DNA from: Marsupella aquatica
Lineage: Eukaryota; Plantae; Marchantiophyta
NCBI GenBank assembly: GCA_973895155.1
Contig: OZ316895.1
Location: forward strand, 16,410,170 to 16,474,169
Length of the DNA stretch: 64,000 bases
Direction of reading: 5' to 3'
The translations under genes were made by a program, and so were the position numbers. This document shows positions 40,289 to 52,582 of the stretch, in pieces (positions within the stretch are counted from its first letter, which is position 1; each line of letters opens with the position of its first letter). The notes beneath the pieces are model-generated. The model saw only the letters and a list, made by a program, of their open reading frames with translations. It made no database searches and was not told where the DNA came from.

Positions 40289-41198
40289 AAGCATAATGGC
40301 TCAATGAATTTTTACATAGCATTCAGTTCAGTTTTACATAGGAAAAGTCTGATCCATCACTCTTTGTCATTTGCATTGTACTCTATTTCTCATTCAATTT
40401 CATAATTGTGTGTCATTTGTAGTTTACTCTATTTCTCATTCAAATTTCATTATCCCCAGGCAAGGCTGGCTAGGGGTTAAGTGGCTTCACCTGGGAGTAA
40501 TGGGGTCCCGGCAACATCAAAATATCCCAGATTAGGTATATGACATCACTCCCTACCATGATAAATATGTTATTTTCTTTAAATCAATGAATACACAAAT
40601 ATATTATCACATTTTGATCTGAGATTTCCACCAGGGGTAATGTTTCATAACCTTGGACACACATACTAAAGAAAAAAGGAAAAAGGGAAAAATAGGAGAA
40701 ATGTTAAATAGGAGAAGTGTTTACGTAACTCAGAATGCTCCTTTGTACTTTATGTGGCCCTTTTTAGTAGACTGGTCCTTCTTCAATACTATCTGAGCAG
40801 TGACTGGGGAGAGGTGACGTGGGAGAATCCTGGCCGTTGGATGACCCCGATTGTGGAACGAATGTGCGTTCATCTCGTCGTGTTGCGAGATTGAGTCGGC
40901 AGAGAGATTTCATTCCAAAAGCCGAAAACCACAGTACAAGTCTAGTGAATTCTTTTAACTCTTTAAGGATCGAATTCGTCGAGCGGATATCGATGTCGCT
41001 GACAAGGAAGGAGAATGATGCAGAATGGGCTATGGTGAAGACAATTGAAGAATTGATGGGCTTGACGTGAATAGTAGACGCAGAGGAAATCAGGAAAAAG
41101 AGGATTTCCGTCGTCTTTGCTTCGGATTCAGTTTCGATCCTCGTCCTGACCTTCTCCGCGCGGGAGGGAGGGGCGGGAATTCCGCGAATTGAGTCACC

Positions 41199-44100
41199 AT
41201 GCGATCTTGTCATTTCAAGCTGCCGCAGCAACCTCCTCAATTTCTGCCTCTGCACCATAATAATAATGCGCCCGTCGTCTTCAGCAGGCGTGCCTTCTTC
41301 TTGCCTCCTTCCGCCGTGAGTAATTCTCCACTTCTCTCTCTCTGTCCGGAAATTCCTGTTCCAGGTTTTCATGCCGTGGTTGCTAGGCTTTCCTCAATGT
41401 TAATTGCGGTTGTACTTCGGCAGCGTTTGTGACGGTACATTGAATGAGGTTGCGATTCAATTGTACTTCTCATGGTTCTATAGGATGGGAAGGTAGATTG
41501 TATGGGAATTGGATTTTGTCTGAAATTTTACTTTATGCCTCATTTAGATCAAGCGAAACTCTTACCGATCACCAAAGTGCCAAGGAAAATCTTATGTTCC
41601 GGAGCGAGGCAATTGATAAGCAGATGAAGAATATAAAATCCTCTCTTAGTGAAACAATTACTCTCTCCCGCTTCCAATCTCTTCCTTCCTCTGCTCTTTC
41701 TGTTGCACCACAGCTCAGCAACGTTCATTTGAACGCTTCCTCCGTGTCCCTACACAGCCAGAGTTCGCAGTTCCATCATTGAGACCGGTGTCTCCGGCTG
41801 AGTTGCTAGAGCTCTAGGAATCAAGTTCTGCTAAACCTTTTTGAGCCCGGTGGAAATGCTTCTAGGGTTGACTAGGAATTTTTAGGACCTCGTCTTATAT
41901 GTATCTCCTCCCATGGGAGTGCCCTTTCTTCCGGCCTACTCTTAGTGCATTTTTCCCTTCCGTCGGTTTGTTCCAGTCCGATTGAGGGACGAATTTTGGA
42001 ACCACAGTCGTTGGTACAGAAGCTCCACTTCGCGCTTGGAACCGAGGCAGCTTTTTGGTTTACTTCAGCTCAAAATTTCTTCGAGATTCGACCTGCAGGG
42101 TTGGACAGTGTAGTCTGTAAAGTGTACTATTTGGTGGTTTTATGGCCCTTTATTTTCGAAGGACTTTAGTTAGTATAACGGGATGGGATGGTGGAAATTG
42201 GGATGATTTGGAGGATGAGGTATAGAGGTGTCTAGCGGAAAGTTTTCAGAACTTGTTTTCTGCTAGGGATCTGGTCGAAGGAAACAGTTTGGACTTTGCC
42301 CTCACGCTGGTTCGTTGGACGTTCGCTACCTACAGTAGCACTCTAAATGGAACATGAAAATGGGATTTTACGGATTTTCTGTCCTCTCGTTTGTGGATTC
42401 TGAGGTGGATTGTGATTCTACCCTCGTGGACATGTATGGTGCACAGAGCAAACGTGCGCCATGGACAGCCAGAATAAGAATTTCTGAACAAGCTCGAGGA
42501 TCCTCACAAGTTGGAGGTGACAATGGTTCGGCAAACGGTTCAAGAAAAGGTGGCGACTTATTCGCCGAGGAGGTCAGTTATTGTCATCCGCAATCGAGTG
42601 GTATGGATTTTCTTCCATGCTTAGATGTGCGATCTTTGTGCGGAACTAAAAGTGGTTTAAAAAATGTTTTCTGCAATCAGGCGATCGGTGCTGAACACGG
42701 GGAAGGATTCGCCACATATCGCCCGAGGGGTCCACTTCATGTCGATGTGGTACGTGCCCCTTCGTTGCCTTTCATCTTCGATGTCAACACTTTTGGAAGC
42801 AGCCCGCTTGTCCTCTCGACTTAAACATTTTACGAGCCTTTCTGTTGCCTATGTAGAGGTTGTGTCTGATTCTGTCTTCCCTCTTTCTGGAATGTAATTT
42901 GGAACCACGAGATTCGTTTATTTCTATGTTTATTCCATCAAGAGGTGCCTGTGGAACTACTTTTGGTTTGGGAAAGTTTTCCTGTATCAAGAAATCCGCG
43001 GAGGTTTGTCAGCGCCGATAGCCTTGTCTTGCAGTGAATTCCACATTCATTAGAATTCTGGCTTGAGCCTCGGTACTGCAATTAAGTGTGGTAATTTTCT
43101 CGAATCTTGATTTTCCAGGATTATTTGAATGATAGGATGCGGGAAAGAGGACTTCAGAGGATACGATACGCTATGAAACCCGATGAAGCCTTTGGCCTCA
43201 TCTATTCTTGGGACAATGTTCTTGTAAGTTCATTTACATTAGCTCAACTTAGTGGCCTTTGAAAGCTGTGATTACTCGCCTTGTTATTGACCCCAAATCA
43301 CTAATCAAGGGAAAACAAGACCTCAACATTTTAACTACGGACGTGAGCCATTTGAAAAAGTTAAAAAAGAAATCTGCAACTACAAAGTTTAAGCCAAGGT
43401 CCTCGAGGAATCCGAGGTACCTAAAATATAAATGTTTTGGACGGAGTTTTGACCTAAACTGGTAGACAGAAATGTCTGGTACAGAGTTGGCACATCCATT
43501 TGCGTGTTATAGTTGTTGCATTTTGAAGCTTGTGTGGTTTACGTCGTATGGGGCACGATTTCTTCTGTTCTGCAGGCAGACACGCGATCACTCCGAATGG
43601 AGGCTTGGCATCGTCTTGCGACTGAAGAAGGTACGTCTACTGGTCTCCTGAATGAGTGCCCGCTTGCACATTTGTGTGTGTTACTTCTAGACGTTTATTC
43701 CTTGAACTGAAGGTCACTTAAGGAATACCAAGGAATACGGTAATTTAGGGTTTGTTTCCGGGGAGATTATGGAGTCTCTATTGTACAATGTAATTGGAAG
43801 ACAGACGACCGGTGGTGACCATTGTGTACCATGTACTGCATTAGCTTGCCATCACCTGATCTCCTCAGTAAGCTTGAGGCAGTCAGTGTGTTCGAGTGTG
43901 CGGGATATATTGACATGAATGGAAAATCACCCGTTGCAGGACAAGTTATGGACAATGATCCAGAAAAACATAGACAGATGCTCACCATGAGTTCCGAGCG
44001 AGTACTTGAACAGGTTTGCCACTTACTAGTGGAGCACGAGTTAGCTTCACGTGGTTTCTTTCTCTACCTTATTGTCAGCTTCGTAAATTTTGAAGAGCCT

Positions 44101-45567
44101 GCTAAGAGAGGATGAGACGTCAACTCACCAGGCAGGTCCTGTTGGAGTAGTGTAGCTGTAATTCTTATCTCATAGGTCAATAGACAGATGGAGAGGTTCG
44201 CTTAGAACAGAAGGCTCGAATACTTTTGCTAGTGTCAAACATTTTAAGGACAGAATCTTAATTTGATAGGAAGGAGAAGTTCAGATGCCATCCACGTGGA
44301 AAGATAATGAACCACTGTTCAGGTTCTAAATTGGGGGGCAACAGGAGGTGACATGATAAGGTGGACACGACGGTTTGCTGAGCTATACCTTGAAGGACTT
44401 GCCAGGGTGAGCGTTAAATACTTTGTGATGGTTTTGATTTTTGGCTCACATCTTTTGTTTCAAAGAGGGCTCGTTACATTCTGTAGTGATGATTGGATGA
44501 ATTTCATGATTACTGTAGGTTAGATCCGAATTGCTGTGGTAAGAGTCCTCGACTCATTAATGTCCTTGGTCATCATGTCAGGTAAGGGCCCCAATGGAGG
44601 GTCTGAGGGAGTGGTTAGAAGCGTTAGATACAGCCGGAGTTCCCTGTGCTGTGGCATCAACACTGGACCGCCTAACTCTATTAGCTGCCCTTCAAAGAAT
44701 GGGGCTTCGAAAATATTTCCAGGTGTGTATGCCATGGATGCCATTGCGTTGTTTGTAATGGAGTCTCCCCGCTGTCTGTCAGCATTCTTGCAGCCCTGGG
44801 TTCTGCTGACCTCGAGGTTGATATACTTACCAGTTATCCTCATTAAATCTGAATCATGCAGGCTATTGTTTCAGAGGAAGATGGGATGGAATCAATTGCG
44901 CATCGATACCTTTCTGCAGCTGTGAAGGTTGGTGAGAAAGTCATCGATTCTGGATTGAATAGTCTATTTGTGAGTAATGTGAGTAAATGAGTTATTGTCT
45001 TAACTTTGCATGCTGTGCAGGAGCTCTTGAATGGAGGTCAGTGGACCTTATTTTTGAGTACGTCTGATATAAATTTCCATGCAGTGTAGGAGCTCTTGAG
45101 TAGAGGTCAGTGGACTTTATTTTCGAGTATGTCTGATATGTTGACATAGTAGATTGATTACCAATGGCTGCAGCTTGACAGACCACCATTCAAGTGTGTA
45201 GTGTTCGAGGATGATCCAAGGGGTATAACGGCTGCACATAACTGCACAATGAAGGCCGTAGCGCTAATTGGATCTCATCCTGCGTAAGTTTGTGTTTTCG
45301 ATGTGCTTTGGATTGAGGGTCTAGTCTATGCTTCGTGCCGTTGCTGTTCGAGGTCGGATGTTTTTCGAAGGAAACTCACCAAAGATTGCTGACTGCAGGT
45401 ATGAGCTTTCTCAGGCAGATTTGGCTGTAAGCAGTTTCACCGAACTGTCTGTCATTAATCTTCGTCGATTATTTGCAAACAAGGGAACGGAGTTTATGGA
45501 TTTGCAGCTGCAACCCGAAGAGAAGAAGCCGCGAAGGCGAAAATTGACCAATGATACTTTGTTCTAG
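41199..45567 (+). CDS. HAD-family phosphatase, At3g10970-like, probably plastid-targeted
   Basis: Predicted exon 1 41199-41315 (transit-peptide-like, GTGAGT donor) spliced to 42447. Conserved AIGAEHGEGF, RIRYAMKPDEAFGLIYSWDNV, CVVFEDDPRGITAAHNCTMKAVALIG and SVINLRRLFANKG; stop at 45567. 5' exon structure is less certain. Confidence 0.88.
45011..45139. repeat. Intronic tandem duplication, ~68 bp x2
   Basis: tgc.gtg.aggagctcttga.t.gaggtcagtggac.ttatttt.gagta.gtctgatat occurs twice. Confidence 0.9.
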
Positions 45568-46046
45568 AATGCACTTTGACATTATTGAATACATTTTTGT
45601 GGAGCTTCTAAGGGTCTTGCTGAGGCCGCTGCAAGTAGATGTCTATTGCTTGCTAAAATTGATTTCTTTCGACTGCTTTTGGGTTGTAGTGCCCAAAGTT
45701 GATGTCCAGGTGCGGTAGCAGTGCTTAGCACTGGGGTATTCATGCCAAGTCTTACCGGAGGGGGGCAGTCACTTTCCCTCAATTTATGTAACTCTATGAT
45801 TTGTTCAATTGACTGATGTACAGATTACTGTCCATACATTGCTCTTTAATGAGACCAAATCCACTGTTGTTGCAATTGTTCTCTTGTCTGAACTCAAATT
45901 AATTGTTGCAAGCTTGGTGTTTTGTTCCGATTGAAGTTTGCTACTCATGAAGCTGTCTTGTGAAAGATCAAGCTAAAGGAATTTGATGTCCATTTTGACT
46001 TACCCTACACAGGAAGCCATTGTTTTGGAAATAAAACGGAAGGAGT

Positions 46047-46883
46047 GTTTCACGAACAGAGAGCCTTGTGTTAGTCTTGGTCGTACTCGTTCACAATGCC
46101 GTGTAGCAGCCTGTGCACGGCGGCAAGAGTATAGGAGTGGGACGCAAGGGCTTCACCTCTGACCTGGCCAAGTTCTACCTAGATGTTCTGTAGATGAAGT
46201 ACCTGCCTCCTCGTCACGAGGGATGGAGATTTCATACGGGACTCGTGGGTTCCGGGTAGGTCGGTGCATTTGATCAAACAGACTTCGTTTCGGTACAGGA
46301 GTAACAGTACATAGAGGGGAGCTTTCAAGTTGTTTTAAAATGTTTCCTTAGGTTCCAGTACTGAGGTAGGCCGTTCATCCAGGTCATTCGGTACTTCGAC
46401 GTGCAGGTCCAATCGTCCACGAGTCTCCTCATGGTTGACTATGTGGGTCCCCCGTGAGATACGAGGCTAATACATACTGTAGAGGTAACAGGGATTAAAA
46501 TAATGTCTAAGCGAAAAATCATTTTTTATCACTATGCGTCTATGCGTGCCTGAGATGCGAGGTCTGCAACTCTACGCCCACGAGTATCGACTCGATTACT
46601 GGGCACAGGGGAGCAGGTTGTACGTGAGTAGAGCGCAAGGGGCGTACCTTGAATACTGACAGGCAATGGGTACAAGGATCGTCACTTTAACTTCGTACAC
46701 GAAGATGTTTACTTCCGCAATTGCTGTTAGTACCGTATACTGAAGAGCACTGCATTGCGGCCGACGCCGTAGAGGACGAATTGACTGTAGACCTGGCTCG
46801 ATCTTTATGAGTAAGGGGCCGAAGCTTTCCGAAGTTACCGACTCGGGAACAGATTTCTCTTATTTTTCGCAAAGAACAGCGTT
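46047..46883 (+). pseudogene. Eroded intronless reading frame of unidentified family
   Basis: One frame runs 46047-46545 with protein-like text broken only by TAG/TAA/TGA stops compatible with C->T changes. It continues after apparent frameshifts to ...PKLPTREQISLIFRKEQR*. Confidence 0.5.
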
Positions 46884-47182
46884 AAGCTTTTAATTCGGTG
46901 TTCCCAAATTATCAGCTTCCAGGGCACCTACTGTGCATAAATCCTAAGCTTCGTTAAAGGTCCTGCTTTAGTGTGGTGTCTTCCTTTAGAAACTTACTTT
47001 TCATGATTCAAGAGAAACAATCCACCGTATAAACGACAGCCCATTACATTATGCAAAGCCTACACCTCATCTAGTGGGAGCCCTGGCTAGATGGCTACCA
47101 ACTCCTGAGCAAAGAAAACTTTTGGCAATTGCATGCTATTTTGCACAGGGGACTACTGTAGACATTTTGTATGTGCTGCCGC

Positions 47183-47577
47183 CATGGCGTACTGAGGATC
47201 TAGAAACATGTGTGGGGGTTGGAATTGAAGGAAAAAGCTGTCACTCAAATTCTTGGTCAGACTTCACAAAATTATCCTTTTCAAATGAGGTCTCGTACAG
47301 AGTGCATGGATGCAGATCTTGATGGCATAAGATAACTTGACAATGCTTCTCGAATGCTGTACATGAAAAGTGAAATCTAACATGGCGTACGAAGGATCTA
47401 GAAAGATGCGTGGGGATTGCAATTGAAGAACGCTTTCATTAAAATTCTTGGTAAGACTTCGCACAATTATCCACCTCAAAATGAGGCCTCTTACAGAATT
47501 CATGGATGCAGGTCTTGATGGCATAGAATAACTTGACAAAGCTTCTCGAGTGCTGTACATGAAAAGTGAAATCTGAC
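47183..47577. repeat. Tandem duplication, ~198 bp x2
   Basis: catggcgtac..aggatctagaaa.atg.gtgggg...gctgtacatgaaaagtgaaatct starting at 47183 and 47381. Confidence 0.92.
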
Positions 47578-48520
47578 ATCATAACGTCACGCACAACATT
47601 CCCAGTAGCGCAACCATGGGTGCTTAAACCATTCATCTTCGTCCACTTCCCGAAACTTGCCTCATTTTAGCTCTACCTCCACGGTGACGCCTTCGTTACT
47701 CTTTCCCATTTGTTGTGATTTCCTACAGATGACGTATGTCGAGGAATTCAGCGTTACAATAGTTATGTCAAAACTTTGGGATTCATAAACTTCTGGCAGT
47801 TCTATGGTACAGTCCCAACTTTTTCAGTGCCATCTGCTTCGGCTACCCGTGGCAAACCCCTCCAACAGTACCGTTTGTCGCCGTGAGGAACCTCTAAAGA
47901 AAGGCCGATGGTTGGCCTTGCCTCCTTGCCTCTATTCGACACCGTATGACGGTGTGGCGTCTTCTATGCTTCAGCTTCTCAGTCGCGTCTTCCTCAGGAA
48001 CTTCATGGTGGTGATTCAACAAAACATCTCCCAAAAAAATGTGGGTATTCCAACTACAGCAACTCTCAGCGTTCGAACTTGCCTCCTTTGTTCACTCAAA
48101 AAAAAAAAGGGCTCACAACATCATGACGTCTCCTGTAGCCTCCAATTTTAGAGTGTCATACCCTCAGTTTCTCCGAATTAAACATCACCTTTCTCCGAAT
48201 TAAACATCACCTCCAGTAAAATGATGGAATTTTCTCAGACCGTATATCTGAGTAACCTACCTCGTCTCCTTCAGTCTCTCCAAACCTAAGGCTCACAACT
48301 TTACAGCATCTTCTGTACATATTTAATCTTCTCAGAGCCGTCCCCTGATATTCACCAAAGTCGTTTTCCTTCAACCCATTACAGCAACCACTGGGAACCC
48401 CTATACGCGGTACCTCTATGGTAATGATACCGGCTTCGTTCAAAATCGCCCCTCACGTTGCCATATGGACTGATGCCGATAGCTTCACAATCCTGAATTT
48501 TGGACAGGCGAGCAAACACA

Positions 48521-49450
48521 CTAGAGCAGCCGTGTAGCAGTCGGCCGTAAGAGCCCCATGCCGGTCCCACTTCCCACATGCTTAAAAGTGGTAGCCTGCA
48601 GATCATCCCCGTGCCCTGCAAACCCAGTTCCACCCTTCTCAAGCGCCACGAGGTTCTTCACTTTGCAGCTCCGGTTACAGACCATGCAGACCTTGTCCTT
48701 GGCGATAAATTGGTCACAGCACTTTTTGCAGAAAACATGACCACAGCTACCGATGGCCACTAGAGTTGAGGTATTAGTGAATGTCACTGAGCAAGATGGG
48801 CAAAGATACTTGTCCCCACTGAGATCGATTTCCTTCTTTTCTCTGTAGGGAACATCGGAGAAAGACACGGAGAATAAATCCTTGAGCTTCAGCTTCTCCT
48901 TGCCTTCAGGGCAAATACTGTCCAAGGAAGGAACATGCGCTCTCTCCCGTGCCTCGGGAGTGGCCGATGGTAACCAAAACGCCTTCATGGTACGAAGAGC
49001 CTCCTCCTCGAAGGACGTGGTTTTCACACTATTAGCCCCATGAAATCCACTCCTGTTCTGATCCACCGAGAGGACAGTTTCATTCTCATTTGGAACTGCA
49101 CTGTTATTCAACCTGTCAAAGGCATCCAGCTCAGCCTCTCGTCCCGTAATCCTCTTCTCAACCTCAACTTCTCTATCCTGCCTCTCTTGAGATTCGTAAA
49201 CTATCAGCTTCCTCTTGATGTCCTTCTTTTGCGCGAGGAGGCATTCGTAGATGCATTCCTTGCAGAAAAGATGGCCCTTGCGACAGCATTGTGGATCGAT
49301 GAAAGGCTTCAAACAGATACAGCACGCATCGAATGGCTTGATGGAGTCTCTTCCCAGTCGCTCCTTCTGCGTGCCATAACCCAATTTCTTCCTCTCATCG
49401 TATGTGAAGAACGCCAAGTCATTGTTGTTCTTCGAATGCCGCTGCGGCAT
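48521..49450 (-). CDS. NOSIP: NOSIP / CSU1-like RING E3 ligase (309 aa, intronless CDS)
   Basis: MPQRHSKNNNDLAFFTYDERKKLGYGTQKERLGRDSIKPFDACC start, FWLPSATP, C-terminal CPSC...CGHVFCKKC...CMVC and GGTGFAGHG. Confidence 0.96.
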   Translation of the reverse strand: MPQRHSKNNNDLAFFTYDERKKLGYGTQKERLGRDSIKPFDACCICLKPFIDPQCCRKGHLFCKECIYECLLAQKKDIKRKLIVYESQERQDREVEVEKRITGREAELDAFDRLNNSAVPNENETVLSVDQNRSGFHGANSVKTTSFEEEALRTMKAFWLPSATPEARERAHVPSLDSICPEGKEKLKLKDLFSVSFSDVPYREKKEIDLSGDKYLCPSCSVTFTNTSTLVAIGSCGHVFCKKCCDQFIAKDKVCMVCNRSCKVKNLVALEKGGTGFAGHGDDLQATTFKHVGSGTGMGLLRPTATRLL

Positions 49451-49890
49451 CTTGACTACAACTGCTCCGATACTTTACGCTGTCTATTGAGAGCAATTTC
49501 CTAACCACTAACTTTCTTCCTCCAATTCCACAAGCTCAAAACCTTCCAGTCCACAGAGTCGTCCGCTTCATCTTGCTATCTATCGCGTGCACGTTCCAAC
49601 TCCAAAAATTCTCTCAAGTGAAGAAGAGCTCTCGTGAAGATTTTCGCTCAACTTCCTCGTAGAACCTTCAATTCTTGTCACAAAAAAATTAAACCGAGCT
49701 TGGGCTGTCGCGTCCGGCAACCCAATACCGTTCCCAACATGAAAATCCCTCAGTTCCCGGTCTCAAACTCAACTCCAGAAATGACGGACTTCACCTTCCA
49801 GCACCGCGTCCGTCATCCAAAACCAAACCCTGTAATTTCTGCGACTCTTGAACGGTATTCTTGACTGGTCGAACTTTACTGTAAAGCTCG

Positions 49891-50216
49891 TCTCTCGTCA
49901 CTTTCTCCTCTACGGTTGAGAAGGGCTTTACAAGAACTTGGGGTTTATCTACACAGCACAATAAATTCAACACAACTCTAGCTCAGTTCTAGTCACCTTA
50001 TCCTTTAGGGTTGAGGGGGGCCTTACAAGAACCTGGGGTTTCCCTACACAATAAATTCAACACAACTTTAGTGTAAAACTCATCTCTTGTCACCTTCTCC
50101 TCTAGGGATGAGGGGGCCCTTACAAGAACTTCGGGTTTCTCCACACAATACAATTTAACACAACTTTACTCTCAAGTTCATCTCTCGTCACCTTCTGGGC
50201 TTTACAAGAACTTGGG
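49891..50216. repeat. Tandem repeat, ~95 bp x3.5, upstream of NOSIP
   Basis: gtcacctt.tcctctaggg.tgag...ttacaagaac.tggggttt...cacaataaattcaacacaact repeated. Confidence 0.88.
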
Positions 50217-50884
50217 TGCAAATAGTCCATGTTCATCCATTGCAATAGGCTATCTGTCAAATATATCGTGATCAAAAGCTAAGATAACGGCCTACAGCCT
50301 AGAGTGAAGAGTCTAGACTGTAATTCAGGGGGCAGAGGTATTGTTGAGGGTGGATTTGGAAACAGGCATGATTGGTACTCACCGTCACCATCTATTTATG
50401 AGCAAAGCTAAGGCATTCAGGCTAGTACAGTAATCTTAAAATGCCTGAGCCAAAATATGATTAGTTGCAGGCAAGAAAATTCAGGATCTTGAATAGGAAT
50501 TGCCCCAGCAGTCCAGGTCCAAGTGGTGGTCTAATTTTTTGATAAAAGAAGGATCCACTAAAAGGTGACACTTTTTGTTACTGGTTTGCCACATTGTGCC
50601 CCCAACTTAGGTAGTGAAGGCTGGCCTATTTCTATATTTTTGAATGGCTTTGGTTGCATTTCAGACAAGGGAAAAAAGTTTTGAGAATTCTTCCAATGAC
50701 ATGCACAAGAGACTAGGAAGTAAGATCACACTGGCACCATGAATACGTGATTCACTGTTGTCAAACAAGAATGCAGGGGCTTTACTAAGCTTTGGCCACC
50801 ATAGCCACACCAAGCTTCCAAGTATCAGTTCCTAGCTTGCTCCCTCACAAAACTCGTCCACATAATTTTGGAACTCATCTAAGG

Positions 50885-51709
50885 TGTTAAAAGTTAATAT
50901 GTTGTCAAAGTCAAAGTTTTGACTGTTAAGTTTCAGTTAGATGAGCAGGAGTCTCACTGAGGAGCTCTCCCTTGTCCCTTTATGTGCTAGGGACTCTAGT
51001 CGCGTCCAATCATCATCAAGTCCCTAATGTTGATTTGACTAAGGGAGGTTAACCCAAGACCAAGAGTTAAGGCTAACAAACAAGACCTCTCTCCAAGTTC
51101 TTGTAAAACCTCCTTACTGTGAGTATGGCAATTGATAACTGATTGGATTGGGATACTCTCAAACTGCACTTCTCGTTAAGTAATGTGATGATACTTCTTG
51201 CTGCTAGAGTGCTTCAACCTTCAATGATCCCTTTCCCTTGTCATTTGTCACATTAGAGAAGTTGTCATCTCATGTTCAAGTAGGATTTTACCTTAGTGCC
51301 TTCCCTAAATCATCTGCTCTACATGTTAGGGTGAACTCTAGCCTTGGGTTCACTTCTAGTTACTTAGACTATACCACCATTCAGGTGTTACTGGTGGTTA
51401 GTTGTGACTCTAGTACCTAGCATATAGAGGGGCTAAGGAGAGCTACTCTTGGAGACTCATACTCATTGTTAAGGGAGCTAGTCGGTGTTATCTTGGAGAG
51501 CTTGTACAAGGAGGCTTTAAGTGACTGGCCTTAGTAACTTAGGCTCTTGCATTCCATGTGCGTAATCTTGGCTAAGGTGAAGCACAAATATCATGTGTTG
51601 ATGTGCTTGCTTCTTGTTTATCTCTTGATTGTGTGTAGCCGGTTTTCCCAAAAGTTCATCCCTTGCATTGTACATCCCTATCCTAAACCCCTGCCAGCAT
51701 TAACTCTAC
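50885..51709 (+). mobile_element. Possible degenerate LTR remnant
   Basis: Starts TGTTAA, CpG-depleted, TATA-like TATAGAGGGG at ~51423, ends near ...CTCTACA followed by AGTGGTAT (PBS-Met-like start). No TSD confirmed. Confidence 0.3.
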
Positions 51710-51944
51710 AAAAGAGTGGTATGCACTTATTGATTGGAATTCCATCTAAGATTTTGTGTTCTTACCCATTAAGTCTACATAAGAGTGGTATGCATATTTG
51801 TGGTTTAGCGGAGCAAGTTTCATGGAGTGGTGCATCCGCCTTTGTAGGATGGCACTACTGTAGACTCCTGAAGTTGAACTAACTATAATGGCAATCATAC
51901 TACAGTGGTTGCTCTCTAAAGGCACATTCATAAGTGAAAACCCT

Positions 51945-52331
51945 GGATAAGTGCAAGGAATCCTGTTCTTCCCTTTTGCTGTGCACTTTTGGTAAGTGCA
52001 ACCAGATCTGAGTTGTTTTAGCTACATACCAACTTTATAGGTGCAAAACTCTGATAAGTGTACATGAATTTCACTTACTAATAAGTGAATGGCATATTTT
52101 GGTAGAGTAAAAATTGAGGTAGGGGGCGTAATTGAGGGCAAGGATGCACAATTTAGGATGGGAATTAGGAGACCTTTCACTGTAGGAGGATAATTGCACA
52201 TTCAACTCACAGATGTAAACCACGCACTCTTATCAGTAACTGCACAATTATCTGGGTTTTTGCACTTATCACTTGGTGCAAACCCCCGTTAAGTGCACAC
52301 CGGATGCTTCGTCCCGGAGTGTGCACTTAGA
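51945..52331 (-). mobile_element. Dispersed repeat family A, copy 2 (inverted relative to copy 1)
   Basis: Reverse complement of 52261-52331 closely matches 8476-8548; several GATAAGTG/CACTTATC motifs. Confidence 0.6.
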
Positions 52332-52582
52332 GACTACAGTAAGGGTTGTAAGGTTGTGTTCGTTCTCAGCGTCAGAATCTCGCAATGGAGAGGTTTCGCT
52401 TCGGCGCACTCGATTGATTTTCCGTCTTGCCAATTTTTTCTCCCTCCTGCAATAAACCCTCACCATTTCACGAAGATCAGTTACGGAAAAGCAGTGACGA
52501 TGGTGAAGTCGGTTTGGCATGATCATGCCGGTTATTTCTGAGAGGAATTTGGCCGTTTCAGAGCTAGGTCTGAGGGGGCATC

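Noticed and set aside
40764-41372. 202-aa minus-strand ORF
   Set aside because: No recognisable motifs; it is antisense to the 5' region and exon 1 of the HAD gene.
45011-45139. Intronic duplicated unit ending in CTGA as tandem C/D snoRNAs
   Set aside because: No box C (RTGATGA) at the expected position and no terminal stem.
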